Numbered from the stretch's first letter, positions 1 to 9,435 are shown. The stretch: 64,000 bases of DNA from Thermoplasmatota archaeon (GCA_028279595.1 JANQNK010000003.1:176568-240567); one strand, 5' to 3'. Program-made: numbers and translations. Notes: generated by a model not told the origin, from the letters alone.

Positions 1-256
1 CGATCTGTGTGCCAGCTATTGCCGGTACAGCCAGCATCACCGCTGTGCGAGGTTTCACATGGCCGAGCTTCCTGTGGGTCGCACTTCCGGATAATGTTAT
101 GATAATTATCGCAACGAGCGAGGTGGCGATCGCAACGTGCGGATCGACCCCTATCAGGATGAGGGAGGGTACTATGATGATGCCTCCCCCGATACCCAGG
201 AGACCGCTGGCCAACCCGGCCAGGAGACCGATGATAACCCCCACCAGTGGGTCCAT
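1..256 (-). CDS. TauE/SafE (DUF81) family membrane permease, N-terminal part only (gene runs off the left edge)
   Basis: Absent from the ORF track because it is truncated. Reverse translation from the ATG at 256..254 gives MDPLVGVIIGLLAGLASGLLGIGGGIIIVPSLILIGVDPHVAIATSLVAIIIITLSGSATHRKLGHV. This is the Gly-rich first TM signature typical of TauE/SafE permeases. Confidence 0.6.
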   Translation of the reverse strand, partial: MDPLVGVIIGLLAGLASGLLGIGGGIIIVPSLILIGVDPHVAIATSLVAIIIITLSGSATHRKLGHVKPRTAVMLAVPAIAGTQI

Positions 257-401
257 GGTACCGGAAAAGAGCGGTCGTATTTAAGGTTCCCCGGGTTAAC
301 CTCCCGAACGCCAAGCCGTACCAAAGTCCATCAGGCATTGGCCGCTTCAATATATATTGTCGCCAAAGCCCTTTGGTCGGGAACCAACATTTATATGAGG
401 G

Positions 402-620
402 ATGCGATTCCCACAGGATAGCATGCAGGTAGAGATGGACAGGGTGGACTACATCACGGAGACCGCCCTCACGATCAGGGACACCCGTCGGAGGACGACG
501 GTTCCCAAGGCGATAGTCGACCGACTGGAGCTGGAGAACGGCGACAAGATCAGGTGGATAATGTTCGACGACAAGTCGATAGTGATCACCAAGGTCAAGA
601 ACGGTTTCTCCGAGGATTGA
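402..620 (+). CDS. AbrB/MazE/SpoVT-type (swapped-hairpin) DNA-binding protein
   Basis: Motif RRRTTVPKAIVDRLELENGDKIRWIMFDDKSIVITKV resembles the SpoVT-AbrB fold. The true start may be the ATG at 423. The gene lies directly upstream of a TauE gene. Confidence 0.55.
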   Translation: MRFPQDSMQVEMDRVDYITETALTIRDTRRRTTVPKAIVDRLELENGDKIRWIMFDDKSIVITKVKNGFSED

Positions 621-634
621 GGGACTGATAACGC

Positions 635-1576
635 ATGGTGTTCCTCGATCCTGCCTCAATCGTCGTTATCGGCTTCATATCCCAGTTCATCAACGGTTCG
701 CTGGGAATGGGCTTCGGAGCGACCTCGTCTTCGCTCTTCATAGGCCTGGGTCTCTCCCCGGTCATAGTGTCTGCATCGGTGCACATCGGCAAGGTCTTCG
801 CAGGCTTCGTTTCGGGGGCCTCGCATCAACACTTCGGCAATGTGGACAAGGAGCTGACGATGAGGTTGACGGCCATGGGTGTCGTCGGCGGCGTCATCGG
901 AGCCTTCTTCCTTTCGAGGCTGGCCACCGACTTCGTGGTCCCGTTCATCGCGATAATCCTGCTCATCATGGGCCTTCGTATCTTCCTTCGTTTCTTCATC
1001 CAGAAGGCAGAGGCCCATCCTGGTCCCCCCTGGGGGCAGTTCTCCACCAGATTGCTTATCCCGCTGGGTTTCGTCGGAGGCCTCGTCGATGCATTCGGCG
1101 GAGCGGGCTGGGGCCCGATCTGCATGGCCTCTCTGGCTGGCAGGACGAAAAAGGAGATCCGTGTCCTCATCGGGTCGGTGAGCATGGCGGAGTTCTTCGT
1201 CTCACTCGCAGTGGTCGCTACCTTCATAGTGCTCCTCGGTGAGGGGGGTTTCTTCCTGTGGCTCGTCTTTCCTTTAGTGATAGGAGGCGTCCTGGCAGCA
1301 CCGATAGCGGCCTATGCCACGACCAGGATCACACCCACCAGGCTCGGTATGGTCGTGGGCATATTCCTGGTCGTGATTAACACCATCACTCTTGCAGGAT
1401 CGCCATTCCTCACGGACGGGCCGATACCCGTTCCATCGGCCGCGATCGTGATCATGATCACATCGGCCGTGCTGTTCACCGTTTGGTGGAAGAAGTGGCG
1501 TCTGATCAAGACCAGGGAGGAGAGACAGAGGGCTCGGCGCAGGTTCGGCCGGGCCTTCAGGCAGAGGAAGGCGTAA
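635..1576 (+). CDS. TauE/SafE family sulfite/anion exporter-like membrane protein
   Basis: 313 aa and multi-TM, with Gly-rich helices (INGSLGMGFGATSS, FGGAGWGPI) and a basic C-terminal tail. Divergent from a second TauE gene at 1..256. Confidence 0.7.
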   Translation: MVFLDPASIVVIGFISQFINGSLGMGFGATSSSLFIGLGLSPVIVSASVHIGKVFAGFVSGASHQHFGNVDKELTMRLTAMGVVGGVIGAFFLSRLATDFVVPFIAIILLIMGLRIFLRFFIQKAEAHPGPPWGQFSTRLLIPLGFVGGLVDAFGGAGWGPICMASLAGRTKKEIRVLIGSVSMAEFFVSLAVVATFIVLLGEGGFFLWLVFPLVIGGVLAAPIAAYATTRITPTRLGMVVGIFLVVINTITLAGSPFLTDGPIPVPSAAIVIMITSAVLFTVWWKKWRLIKTREERQRARRRFGRAFRQRKA

Positions 1577-1610
1577 CGTTTTTAATGACGTAGCGTTGCT
1601 GGGTATCCCT

Positions 1611-2480
1611 ATGTCGGAAGAGAAGGGCTGTGGCTGTGGCACCAAAAACGACGTCAGCGATGAGGAGATCAGGCGCATCGTCAGGGAGGGCTATGCCCAG
1701 ATATCCAACGAGGGATCCTGCTGCAATCCGGTCGTGTCCAGCACGCCCAGCGACACCGATGACCTCGCAAGGCACATCGCGAAGAAGATGGGCTATTCCA
1801 CCGAGGAGCTCGACTCCATCCCGGACGGGGCAAATCTCGGTCTGGGATGCGGGAACCCTGTCGCTCTCGCTTCGTTGGAGGAGGGCGAGACCGTCGTCGA
1901 CCTAGGGTCTGGCGGAGGGCTCGACTGCTTCCTCGCCGCTGACCGGGTCGGTGAGACCGGCCGCGTCATCGGCGTGGACATGACCCCCGAGATGATCGAG
2001 AGGGCCCGCGGGAATGCCGCATCCGGGAACTACACCAATGTTGAGTTCCGCTTCGGCAAGATCGAGGAGCTGCCCATCGACGATGGAACGGTCGATGCCG
2101 TCATATCCAACTGCGTGATCAATCTCTCCCCGGACAAGGCGCGGACCTTCGCAGAGGCGTATCGTGTCCTGAAGCCCGGCGGCCGCCTCATGGTCTCCGA
2201 CATAGTCTTGCTGTCCGAGATCCCCGAATCCATCCGGAACAGCGCAAAGGCCCTGGTAAGCTGTCTGGGCGGAGCGGTGATGAGGGACGAGTACCTGCGG
2301 CTGATCGAAGAGGCTGGATTCGAGGGCACCAAGGTCATCGACGAGATGGTCTTCCCGGTATCGGAAACGTCCAACGTCCCCACGGAGTCGGTCTGCTGCG
2401 GACCCGAGGTCTCCGAAGACGACATCGCCCGCGCCGAGGGCCAGGCAGTGACGGTGAAGGTACTGGCCTGGAAGCCGTAG
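1611..2480 (+). CDS. arsM: Arsenite S-adenosylmethionine methyltransferase-like (ArsM/AS3MT family)
   Basis: SAM motif VVDLGSGGGLDCF. ArsM-type cysteines occur in GLGCGNP, ISNCVINLSPDK and VSCLGGA, plus N-terminal CGCG/CC pairs. The ATG at 1611 is preferred over the TTG at 1596 used in the ORF track. Confidence 0.8.
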   Translation: MSEEKGCGCGTKNDVSDEEIRRIVREGYAQISNEGSCCNPVVSSTPSDTDDLARHIAKKMGYSTEELDSIPDGANLGLGCGNPVALASLEEGETVVDLGSGGGLDCFLAADRVGETGRVIGVDMTPEMIERARGNAASGNYTNVEFRFGKIEELPIDDGTVDAVISNCVINLSPDKARTFAEAYRVLKPGGRLMVSDIVLLSEIPESIRNSAKALVSCLGGAVMRDEYLRLIEEAGFEGTKVIDEMVFPVSETSNVPTESVCCGPEVSEDDIARAEGQAVTVKVLAWKP

Positions 2481-2529
2481 GCAACGTAGAAGGATTTTAT
2501 AGTCGGTCCCCGATAGTCGAACGGGTACC

Positions 2530-3084
2530 ATGGAGATCGACGACACCCCCGTCAGCCAATGGGGTATACTGAAGATGCTGACCGTCGTCCTGTGTCTAGC
2601 GATATTCGTGAGTCCGTTCCTTCCACAGTACTGGTACGAGGAAGAGACCCGTCACGCCATCACCCTCGAGGTGATCGACACCGAGGACAAGGACGTCAAC
2701 GGGTTCGACGACGATTCCGTCGGTGGCGCTTCCAACGGTCAACTTTACGTCCTCTGCAGCATGTTCATCCTAGGGTTCATATTCATCGGACACGAGATCT
2801 CGGTGGAGATCCGTGGAGACAAACAGCGGATAAACGAACTTCTTGCGATGGCGTTCGCTTTCGTCATGTTCGTACATTCAGCAAGCTTCTCCTGGTGGCT
2901 GGCGGACCAACTCGAGGACCAGTACACCGATGCGGGAGTCGGAGTTGGTGTTTATCTTGTGGTGTTCTGCTCGCTTATCCTGATGTTGACCACATACCTC
3001 CTGTGGAGGGAGAGGGAGCGCCCTGACTTCGCGATAGTCACGGACAAAAGGGAAGACCTAGCACCTACCGCGGACGGTCGTTGA
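2530..3084 (+). CDS. Hypothetical integral membrane protein
   Basis: 184 aa ORF with about 4 hydrophobic helices. Its stop lies 1 nt before the next ATG, suggesting an operon with 3086..4075. Confidence 0.45.
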   Translation: MEIDDTPVSQWGILKMLTVVLCLAIFVSPFLPQYWYEEETRHAITLEVIDTEDKDVNGFDDDSVGGASNGQLYVLCSMFILGFIFIGHEISVEIRGDKQRINELLAMAFAFVMFVHSASFSWWLADQLEDQYTDAGVGVGVYLVVFCSLILMLTTYLLWRERERPDFAIVTDKREDLAPTADGR

Positions 3085-3085
3085 G

Positions 3086-4075
3086 ATGGTAAGACGCCCA
3101 GACAATGTCTCCCAATTGGACCTGATCTACATCTTCGGTAAACCCCATGAACTGATCAAGTTCACGGTCATCCTACTATTGTTGGGACTGTTCTCATATC
3201 TCTTCAGTTTCATGTTCATGTTTGCTCAATGTTATTGTCCAGAGGAAGTCATCGGGTTCTTCCTGCTCGGTAATTCCTTCTTTCTGTTCGCCATACTCAT
3301 GACTCTGATCTCAAAAAAACAATCCTCTGAGAAAGGATTGTCCTCCTCCCAGGCCTTTTCACTTTCCGCATTACTAGGATTTCTCGTCGGATTTCCTCTT
3401 TACACATTTCCTCCGTATTATGAACGCCCCGATCAGCTCATATGCTTCTCGGCCTGCCTTGTGCCGACCCTTGGTCTTGTGATCGCGGCTGGTAACCTCC
3501 TCTTAACGACGATTCGTGAAACCCGTGCCCTGGAAAGCGTAAATAGATCTGATGCGTCCTTAAAGGAATTGAGAACCAGCAGGCCGTCAACGAGTGCTCG
3601 AAAGTACTATCCCCGATCAGCAGAGTCCGGAAAAGCTGCGTCTAGGAGCATCCCCCTCTTCATTTTCGTTGCGTTCATTGTAGCCTACCCGATAATGACG
3701 AACCTTCCAGAATATTTCACCGGAATGAGTACACCCACCGCTACGATGGAGCTGAACCAAACAACAGATGGTAACTACACATTGAACACATCCTCATTGG
3801 ACATTTCTTCTGTCCGACTCGAATGGGTCAAGATACAAATCATAAATCGGACCCGAGTCCCGGTCTATCAGATCGATCTCGATGATCTTAACTCGACTCA
3901 AAATTTTTCATCCACGGTTCAGTTCATCGACAATGATGATGACTATCGTTGGACCGAAGGGGACGAATTCCACGTTGCATCCGCTGACAACGGTGGCTAT
4001 GCAGAACCAGGATTCATAATCCGTTTGATATTCGATCCTACAGATAAAACCATTGCATCGGTCGAATTCAACTAA
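3086..4075 (+). CDS. Hypothetical membrane protein with a C-terminal extracytoplasmic beta-rich domain
   Basis: 329 aa with several TM helices. The C-terminal about 120 aa is rich in NxS/T sequons. The gene is visibly lower in GC than its flanks. Confidence 0.5.
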   Translation: MVRRPDNVSQLDLIYIFGKPHELIKFTVILLLLGLFSYLFSFMFMFAQCYCPEEVIGFFLLGNSFFLFAILMTLISKKQSSEKGLSSSQAFSLSALLGFLVGFPLYTFPPYYERPDQLICFSACLVPTLGLVIAAGNLLLTTIRETRALESVNRSDASLKELRTSRPSTSARKYYPRSAESGKAASRSIPLFIFVAFIVAYPIMTNLPEYFTGMSTPTATMELNQTTDGNYTLNTSSLDISSVRLEWVKIQIINRTRVPVYQIDLDDLNSTQNFSSTVQFIDNDDDYRWTEGDEFHVASADNGGYAEPGFIIRLIFDPTDKTIASVEFN

Positions 4076-4272
4076 CGGTTCTGATAGGTCGCTATGAAAC
4101 GCTCCAGCGAGCGGTCGTATGTCCTCTCGACATCAGCTGGGAATAGGCAACCTGGAAGCTCTCCATTCCTCCAGTGCTTCTTCAGGCATTCGCAGCACTT
4201 CCCCCTGGTGCCGCACGAGGTGTAGGTACAGGTACAATTCTCGGCATTCTCTTCGAGATGACATTCGACCAT
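4072..4272 (-). CDS. Small cysteine-rich protein (conserved C-x-C ... CC-x-C pattern), function unknown
   Basis: 66 aa: NCTCTYTSCGTRGKCCECLKKHWRNGELPGCLF. It sits immediately downstream of etfA on the same strand. Confidence 0.45.
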   Translation of the reverse strand: MVECHLEENAENCTCTYTSCGTRGKCCECLKKHWRNGELPGCLFPADVERTYDRSLERFIATYQNR

Positions 4273-4390
4273 GGTCTCACATCCGTCGTCAACGCTTCGG
4301 TCAGCTACGGCATCCGCGCGCCCGCACTAACACCCTGCGGGTGTGCGTGCGGTAGCGTCACACCTGTGATTGAAAGGGATAATGACCCGA

Positions 4391-5380
4391 TCAGTCCATG
4401 TCCTTGAGCGCCTGTGTCATGGCAGGGACGATGTCGTGCAGGTCCCCGACGATGCCGTAGTCGGCGACCTTGAAGATGGTCGCTGTCGGGTCCTTGTTTA
4501 TCGCGACGATGACGGTGGATCCCATCATTCCGGCCCTGTGCTGGACGGAACCGCTGATGCCGCAGGCGATGTAGAGTTCGGGCGAGACCGTCTTTCCGGT
4601 CTGTCCGACCTGGTGGTCCTGGGCTATCCAGCCGTTGTCCACTGCGACACGGGAACCGCCGACCTCTCCTCCGAGGACCTCGGCGAGCTGGCGGATGTTC
4701 TCGAATCCGTTCTCGCTTCCGACGCCCCTTCCACCGGCGACGATTATCTTCGCCTCCTCGAGGTTGACGGTCTTCCGGGCCTCCTTCACCACTTCGAGGA
4801 ACTTGACCATCATGTCCGCGTCGACGGATTCGAAGTCGACCTTGACGACCTCGCCTGTCCTCGACGTGTCCGGCTCGATCGGTTTCATGACCCCCGGCCT
4901 GCATGTCGACATCTGCGGCCTCTTCTCGGGGCACATGATCTGCGCCATGAGGCTGCCGCCGAAGGTCGGTCGTGTCGAAACGAGCAGTTTCGATTCCGGA
5001 TCGATGTCCAGGCCGGTGCAGTCAGCTGTCAGTCCTGTGTACAGCCTCTGGGCCACACGGGGCGCGAGGTCCCTTCCGATATGGGTGGCCGGGAACACCA
5101 CGATCTCGGGCTTGTACTCCTCGATGATCTTGCATGCCGCCCTCGTGTAGGGGAGCGTAAGGAAATGTTCGACCTCGGGCGCGTCCGCGAGATAAACCGT
5201 GTCCGCTCCGTGCGCAAAGAGGTCCTGTGCCATGGACTCGACGCCGCTCCCTATCAGGATGGCCCCGAGCTTGACACCGAGGTCGTCGGCGAGCTTCCGG
5301 CCCGAGCCGAGGAGCTCGAAGGCGACCTTCTGGATCGTCCCCTCACGCTGTTCCGCATAAATGAAAACATCACCTGTCAT
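4391..5380 (-). CDS. etfA: Electron transfer flavoprotein alpha subunit
   Basis: Starts MTGDVFIYAEQREG at the ATG at 5380. C-terminal FAD-binding signature: VGQTGKTVSPELYIACGISGSVQHRAGM. The ORF-track version (to 5830) is an Arg-rich out-of-context extension that overlaps etfB. Confidence 0.85.
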   Translation of the reverse strand: MTGDVFIYAEQREGTIQKVAFELLGSGRKLADDLGVKLGAILIGSGVESMAQDLFAHGADTVYLADAPEVEHFLTLPYTRAACKIIEEYKPEIVVFPATHIGRDLAPRVAQRLYTGLTADCTGLDIDPESKLLVSTRPTFGGSLMAQIMCPEKRPQMSTCRPGVMKPIEPDTSRTGEVVKVDFESVDADMMVKFLEVVKEARKTVNLEEAKIIVAGGRGVGSENGFENIRQLAEVLGGEVGGSRVAVDNGWIAQDHQVGQTGKTVSPELYIACGISGSVQHRAGMMGSTVIVAINKDPTATIFKVADYGIVGDLHDIVPAMTQALKDMD

Positions 5381-5385
5381 TTGAA

Positions 5386-6174
5386 TCACCTCAGCACGTT
5401 CTTGTCTTGAAGACGTTCGATAAGCGTGCCGGCGGCCTCCTTTGCCGTCCCCTCTATGAGCTCGCCCTCCCTCTTCGGGACCATGACGAAGGTCTTCTTG
5501 ACCTGGGTAGGCGAACCCTTCAGCCCGATCTTGGCCTCGTCGGCGTTCAGGTCGGCGGCGGTCATCTTCCCGACCTCCTTGTCCCTGTACGCGGTGACGA
5601 TGCCCTTGATGGTCGGATAGCGCGGCTCGTTCAGATCGCCGATCACAGTAATGACGGCGGGCAGCGACGTCTCGAGCGTCTCGTGTCCGTCCTCGAGGGC
5701 GCGCTCGATGACCGCCTTGTCGCCCGATATCTCGACCTTGCGTGCGTAGGTCACCTGTGGGAGCTCCAGCGACTCCGCGAGCTGGGGTCCGACCTGGGCC
5801 GTGTCCCCGTCGATGGCCTGCCTGCCGCATATGATGAGATCGAACTTCCCGATGGCGTTCACCGCCCTTGCGATGGAGTAGGCCGTTGCCCAGGTGTCTG
5901 ATCCTGCAAAGGCTCTGTCGGACAGAAGGATCGCCTCGTCCGCACCCATCGCGAGGGACTCCCTCAGCGCGTCGTCGGCCTGCGGTGGACCCATGGTCAG
6001 GATTGTTATCTTCCCGCCCTCCTTCTCGCGGATCCGGAGCGCCTCCTCGATGGCGTGCTTGTCATCGGGGTTGATGATGCTCGGCACACCCTCGCGGATG
6101 AGCGTTCCCTTCTTCTCGTCGATCCTTACATCGTTCGTGTCTGGCACCTGTTTTATACAGACGATAATATCCAT
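5386..6174 (-). CDS. etfB: Electron transfer flavoprotein beta subunit
   Basis: MDIIVCIKQVPDTNDVRID... is a typical EtfB N-terminus. The stop lies 5 nt before the etfA start. Confidence 0.85.
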   Translation of the reverse strand: MDIIVCIKQVPDTNDVRIDEKKGTLIREGVPSIINPDDKHAIEEALRIREKEGGKITILTMGPPQADDALRESLAMGADEAILLSDRAFAGSDTWATAYSIARAVNAIGKFDLIICGRQAIDGDTAQVGPQLAESLELPQVTYARKVEISGDKAVIERALEDGHETLETSLPAVITVIGDLNEPRYPTIKGIVTAYRDKEVGKMTAADLNADEAKIGLKGSPTQVKKTFVMVPKREGELIEGTAKEAAGTLIERLQDKNVLR

Positions 6175-6178
6175 TCGA

Positions 6179-7318
6179 TCACCTCAGCAGGCTCCCCGCG
6201 ATGACCATCCTCTGGACCTCGGATGTACCCTCGTAGAGCTCCGTGATCTTCGCGTCCCTGTACAGCCTCTCGACCGTGTAATCCTTAATGTAACCGTATC
6301 CGCCGTGGACCTGGATCGCATCCCGCGTTACGCGGACCGCCACGTCCGAGGCCATGAGCTTCGCCATCGCCGCGGCGACGCTGTACGGTTTTCCGGAATC
6401 CTTGATGTAGGCCGCCTTCCTCACCAGGTGGCGGGATGCGGCTATCTCTGTGGCCATGTCCGCCAGCATCCACTGGATGGCCTGGAACTTGGAGATGGCC
6501 TTTCCGAACTGCTCCCTCTCCTGGGAGTACTTCACGCTCTCCTCCATCGCGGCCTGTGCGATCCCGACCGCCTGGGAGGCGATGCCGATCCTGCCGCCGT
6601 CCAGGGTTCCCATTGCGATCTTGAACCCCTTTCCCTCCTGTCCGAGGAGGTTGTCGGCCGGGACGGCCATGTCCTCGAAGAAGAGTTCGGCTGCTCCGTT
6701 CCCGCGGATACCCATCTTGTCCTCGACCTTCCCGACGGAGAAACCGGGGAACTCGCGCTCGACTATGAACGCGCTGATACCTCGCGCTCCAGCGGTCGGG
6801 TCCGTGAGTACGAATATGACGAACGTCTCTGCCGCCTCGGCGTTCGAGATGAAGACCTTTGAACCGTTGATGATGTACTCGTCGCCCTCCTTCACGGCGA
6901 CGGACCTCTGGGACCCCGCGTCCGTCCCGGCTCCGGGTTCCGTTAGGCCGAACGCACCGAGACGTTCACCCCTGGCCACGGGGCCGAGGTACTGCTCCTT
7001 CTGGGACTCGGTACCGAACTTCTCGAGGGGGTGGCACACCAGTGAGTTGTTGACCGACATCAGTACGCCCGTCGTGGCGCAGGCCTTCGAGACCTCCTCC
7101 ACGGCTATTGTGTAGGAAACGGAATCAACGCCTCCGCCGCCGTACTTCGGGTCCGTCATCATGCCGAGGAGCCCGAGCTTCGCTAGCTTCGGGACGGTCT
7201 CCCGGGGGAAACGGCCCTCCTGGTCGATCTCCTGCGCCAGGGGTGCTACCTCCTTCTCGGCGAAGTCCCGCACGGTCTGCTGGACGAGACGTTGCTCCTT
7301 CGTCAGTTGAAAATCCAT
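6179..7318 (-). CDS. Acyl-CoA dehydrogenase (short/butyryl-CoA dehydrogenase-like)
   Basis: 379 aa with ACAD motifs (GLTEPGAGTD, QVHGGYGYIKDYTVERLYRDAKITELYEGTSEVQR). It lies 4 nt upstream of etfB. Confidence 0.9.
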   Translation of the reverse strand: MDFQLTKEQRLVQQTVRDFAEKEVAPLAQEIDQEGRFPRETVPKLAKLGLLGMMTDPKYGGGGVDSVSYTIAVEEVSKACATTGVLMSVNNSLVCHPLEKFGTESQKEQYLGPVARGERLGAFGLTEPGAGTDAGSQRSVAVKEGDEYIINGSKVFISNAEAAETFVIFVLTDPTAGARGISAFIVEREFPGFSVGKVEDKMGIRGNGAAELFFEDMAVPADNLLGQEGKGFKIAMGTLDGGRIGIASQAVGIAQAAMEESVKYSQEREQFGKAISKFQAIQWMLADMATEIAASRHLVRKAAYIKDSGKPYSVAAAMAKLMASDVAVRVTRDAIQVHGGYGYIKDYTVERLYRDAKITELYEGTSEVQRMVIAGSLLR

Positions 7319-7456
7319 CTAGTGCACTCTCCAGATGTCTGGTCGAGCAATTGGATTTCCTTACTTAAACGTTTTCGTGACAGAGGGGTCCGACGGTCCC
7401 CTGACCAATCGATGAACGTCGTTACGGAATGCGTAACTGAGATGGACCACTTGCGA

Positions 7457-8830
7457 CTATCTCAGAGTCCTCCTCCGGCGTTTCGCTGATATCGGGATGA
7501 CCACCGCCATGGACAGGAATATCAGTCCTGCCTCGAATCCAGGCGTGCCCTCGTCCTCATCCTCGGCCTCCTTCGGCGAGATGTATGCCGTGTACACGGG
7601 ATCGTGCTCGATCCGATAGCCGTTCCATTCGGGGAATGCCACGGCGTACCAGAAGTGACCGAACTTGAACGCATGGGCCGCGAAGAACATGAACACCTGG
7701 GGATTCTTGAACAGGGTCTGGTAGTAATCCGTCATCGCGTAGCAGGTCAGGGTGAACAGTCCGAGCGAGAACCCTGCCTGCCATCTTACGATCCCGAACT
7801 CCTCGTTCCTTGGAGCGACGAGCATGTTGTACGCCTGGATGTCGTCGCCTATCGTGGTGCCGTTGGTCTCGTCGATGAGGTCGTACGTTCCCCTGTAACC
7901 GACCTTGAACGCCCTCTCGTTGCTTTCTCCTACCTTGACCTCGAGGTCGTCCGTGACGTCGGTGATGTTCCCGTCGAGCTCGTTCCCGTCGAAGTGATGG
8001 AGTGCGAACTTCGATGTGAAGACGCTCACGTAGTGGACGACGGATATGCCCATCGTGTCGGGGATATCGGTGACATTGAGCTTGAATGGGATTCCGAGGA
8101 AGACCCCCCATAGTTCGGTGACCTGGCCGATCTCGTAGAACGTCTCCGCCCTGATGGTGTCCTCGCCGAAGGTCACCTCGTAGGTGATGGTCAGTTCACT
8201 GAACTTGACGATGTATCCGGTGGCGAGCCAGATCGACAGCTGGTTGGGAACGGCGACGGCGTAGAGGTTCCGGTATCTCATCCCGAAGGTGTACGTGTGT
8301 CCGTCCTTGTCGATGTCTATGACGTCGACCTCCGGTGCGTAGGTCTCGTTCGTCTCGTTGCCGATGACCTCACCGATGCCGAACGGGATCGCGAACAGTG
8401 TCTCCTCGTTCCCGGGGTCCGGAAGCATGTTCTGACCGGGTCCGGTGCCGTTGTACGAGTCGTTGTAGGTCATCAGGAACGCCAGGACGGCGCCCAGGAA
8501 GACCTCGTGGCCGCCGGGGGTCCAGTAATGCATCCCAAAGAGCTGGTACGGCAATGTGGAGACGTTGTTGTCCTTGGTGTAATCGCGGAACGCGATCAGG
8601 AACGCCTGTGCGTCCCCCTCCTGGACGTAGGACATCGCGAACCTCGCGTCCCCTCCGTCGTGTTCGATCGTTATGTTGTCGTTCGTCCACATGTCCTCCT
8701 CGAAGGTGTGTCCGAGGAGCTCCTCCTCCTGACCCTTCTCCCATTCCGTCGGCACGACGGCCGATACATTGGGTGTCAGGAGCATTCCAACTACGATAAC
8801 TATCACGTACGTTGTGACCCATCCCTTCAT
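7457..8830 (-). CDS. Secreted protein with a PGF-CTERM archaeosortase sorting signal
   Basis: Signal peptide MKGWVTTYVIVIVVGMLLTPNVSA, from the ATG at 8830 with a GGTGG Shine-Dalgarno upstream. C-terminus: acidic linker, then PGFEAGLIFLSMAVVIPISAKRRRR. Confidence 0.6.
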   Translation of the reverse strand: MKGWVTTYVIVIVVGMLLTPNVSAVVPTEWEKGQEEELLGHTFEEDMWTNDNITIEHDGGDARFAMSYVQEGDAQAFLIAFRDYTKDNNVSTLPYQLFGMHYWTPGGHEVFLGAVLAFLMTYNDSYNGTGPGQNMLPDPGNEETLFAIPFGIGEVIGNETNETYAPEVDVIDIDKDGHTYTFGMRYRNLYAVAVPNQLSIWLATGYIVKFSELTITYEVTFGEDTIRAETFYEIGQVTELWGVFLGIPFKLNVTDIPDTMGISVVHYVSVFTSKFALHHFDGNELDGNITDVTDDLEVKVGESNERAFKVGYRGTYDLIDETNGTTIGDDIQAYNMLVAPRNEEFGIVRWQAGFSLGLFTLTCYAMTDYYQTLFKNPQVFMFFAAHAFKFGHFWYAVAFPEWNGYRIEHDPVYTAYISPKEAEDEDEGTPGFEAGLIFLSMAVVIPISAKRRRRTLR

Positions 8831-9045
8831 GGTTCCCACCTAAGTAAACATCGGACTCAGGGTATTTAATCGTACTGAAAACCGGATATGTCCCTCCCAC
8901 CAGCCCCCCTCCCCAACCTAGAATGACACTCAGGACCTAGCGATGGGTCCATTAAGAAAACCATAACTGACCCCCCGCCGGGTCCCCCCCAACGTAGAAT
9001 GACAGCCAGAATTGGACGACAGACCGAGGAACCAGGTCGAGTACC

Positions 9046-9435
9046 TTATGCTAGGTTGTCCAACATCATCTCGACGGCGGTGCCGATCTCGTCGCCCTCG
9101 TCTGAGGACCAGAAGCGTGAGAGAGACGTCTCGATGCCACCGCGGACGTTGGCGGTCACAAGGACATGGACCCACTTCGGCTTTACCGCGTCAATGAAAT
9201 CATCGACGACCGTGTTCAGGAGGTCCTCGTGTATCGTGCGTTCGTCCAGGAACTCGACGAAGTAGAGCTTCAGGGACTTGAGCTCGACCAGGGCCGCCTC
9301 GGGCTCATAGGTGATCATCACCCTGTAGTAGTCCGGAAGCCCGGTCATCGGACAGCGGGAGACGACCTCCGCGGTGTCCAACCTGATGGCGTATCCCTTG
9401 TCTTCGTTGGTGTTCTCGAGGGTCTCCAATGTCAT
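9046..9435 (-). CDS. queF: QueF family protein (preQ0 reductase or archaeal QueF-like enzyme)
   Basis: 129 aa with a catalytic Cys motif (SRCPMTGLPD) and the QueF motif ELKSLKLYF. Confidence 0.8.
   Translation of the reverse strand: MTLETLENTNEDKGYAIRLDTAEVVSRCPMTGLPDYYRVMITYEPEAALVELKSLKLYFVEFLDERTIHEDLLNTVVDDFIDAVKPKWVHVLVTANVRGGIETSLSRFWSSDEGDEIGTAVEMMLDNLA

Noticed and set aside
4391-5830. A 479-aa ORF-track version of etfA with a 150-aa Arg/Gly-rich N-terminal extension
   Set aside because: The extension overlaps etfB out of frame and has an implausible composition. A clean EtfA N-terminus (MTGDVFIY) begins at the ATG at 5380, 5 nt after the etfB stop.
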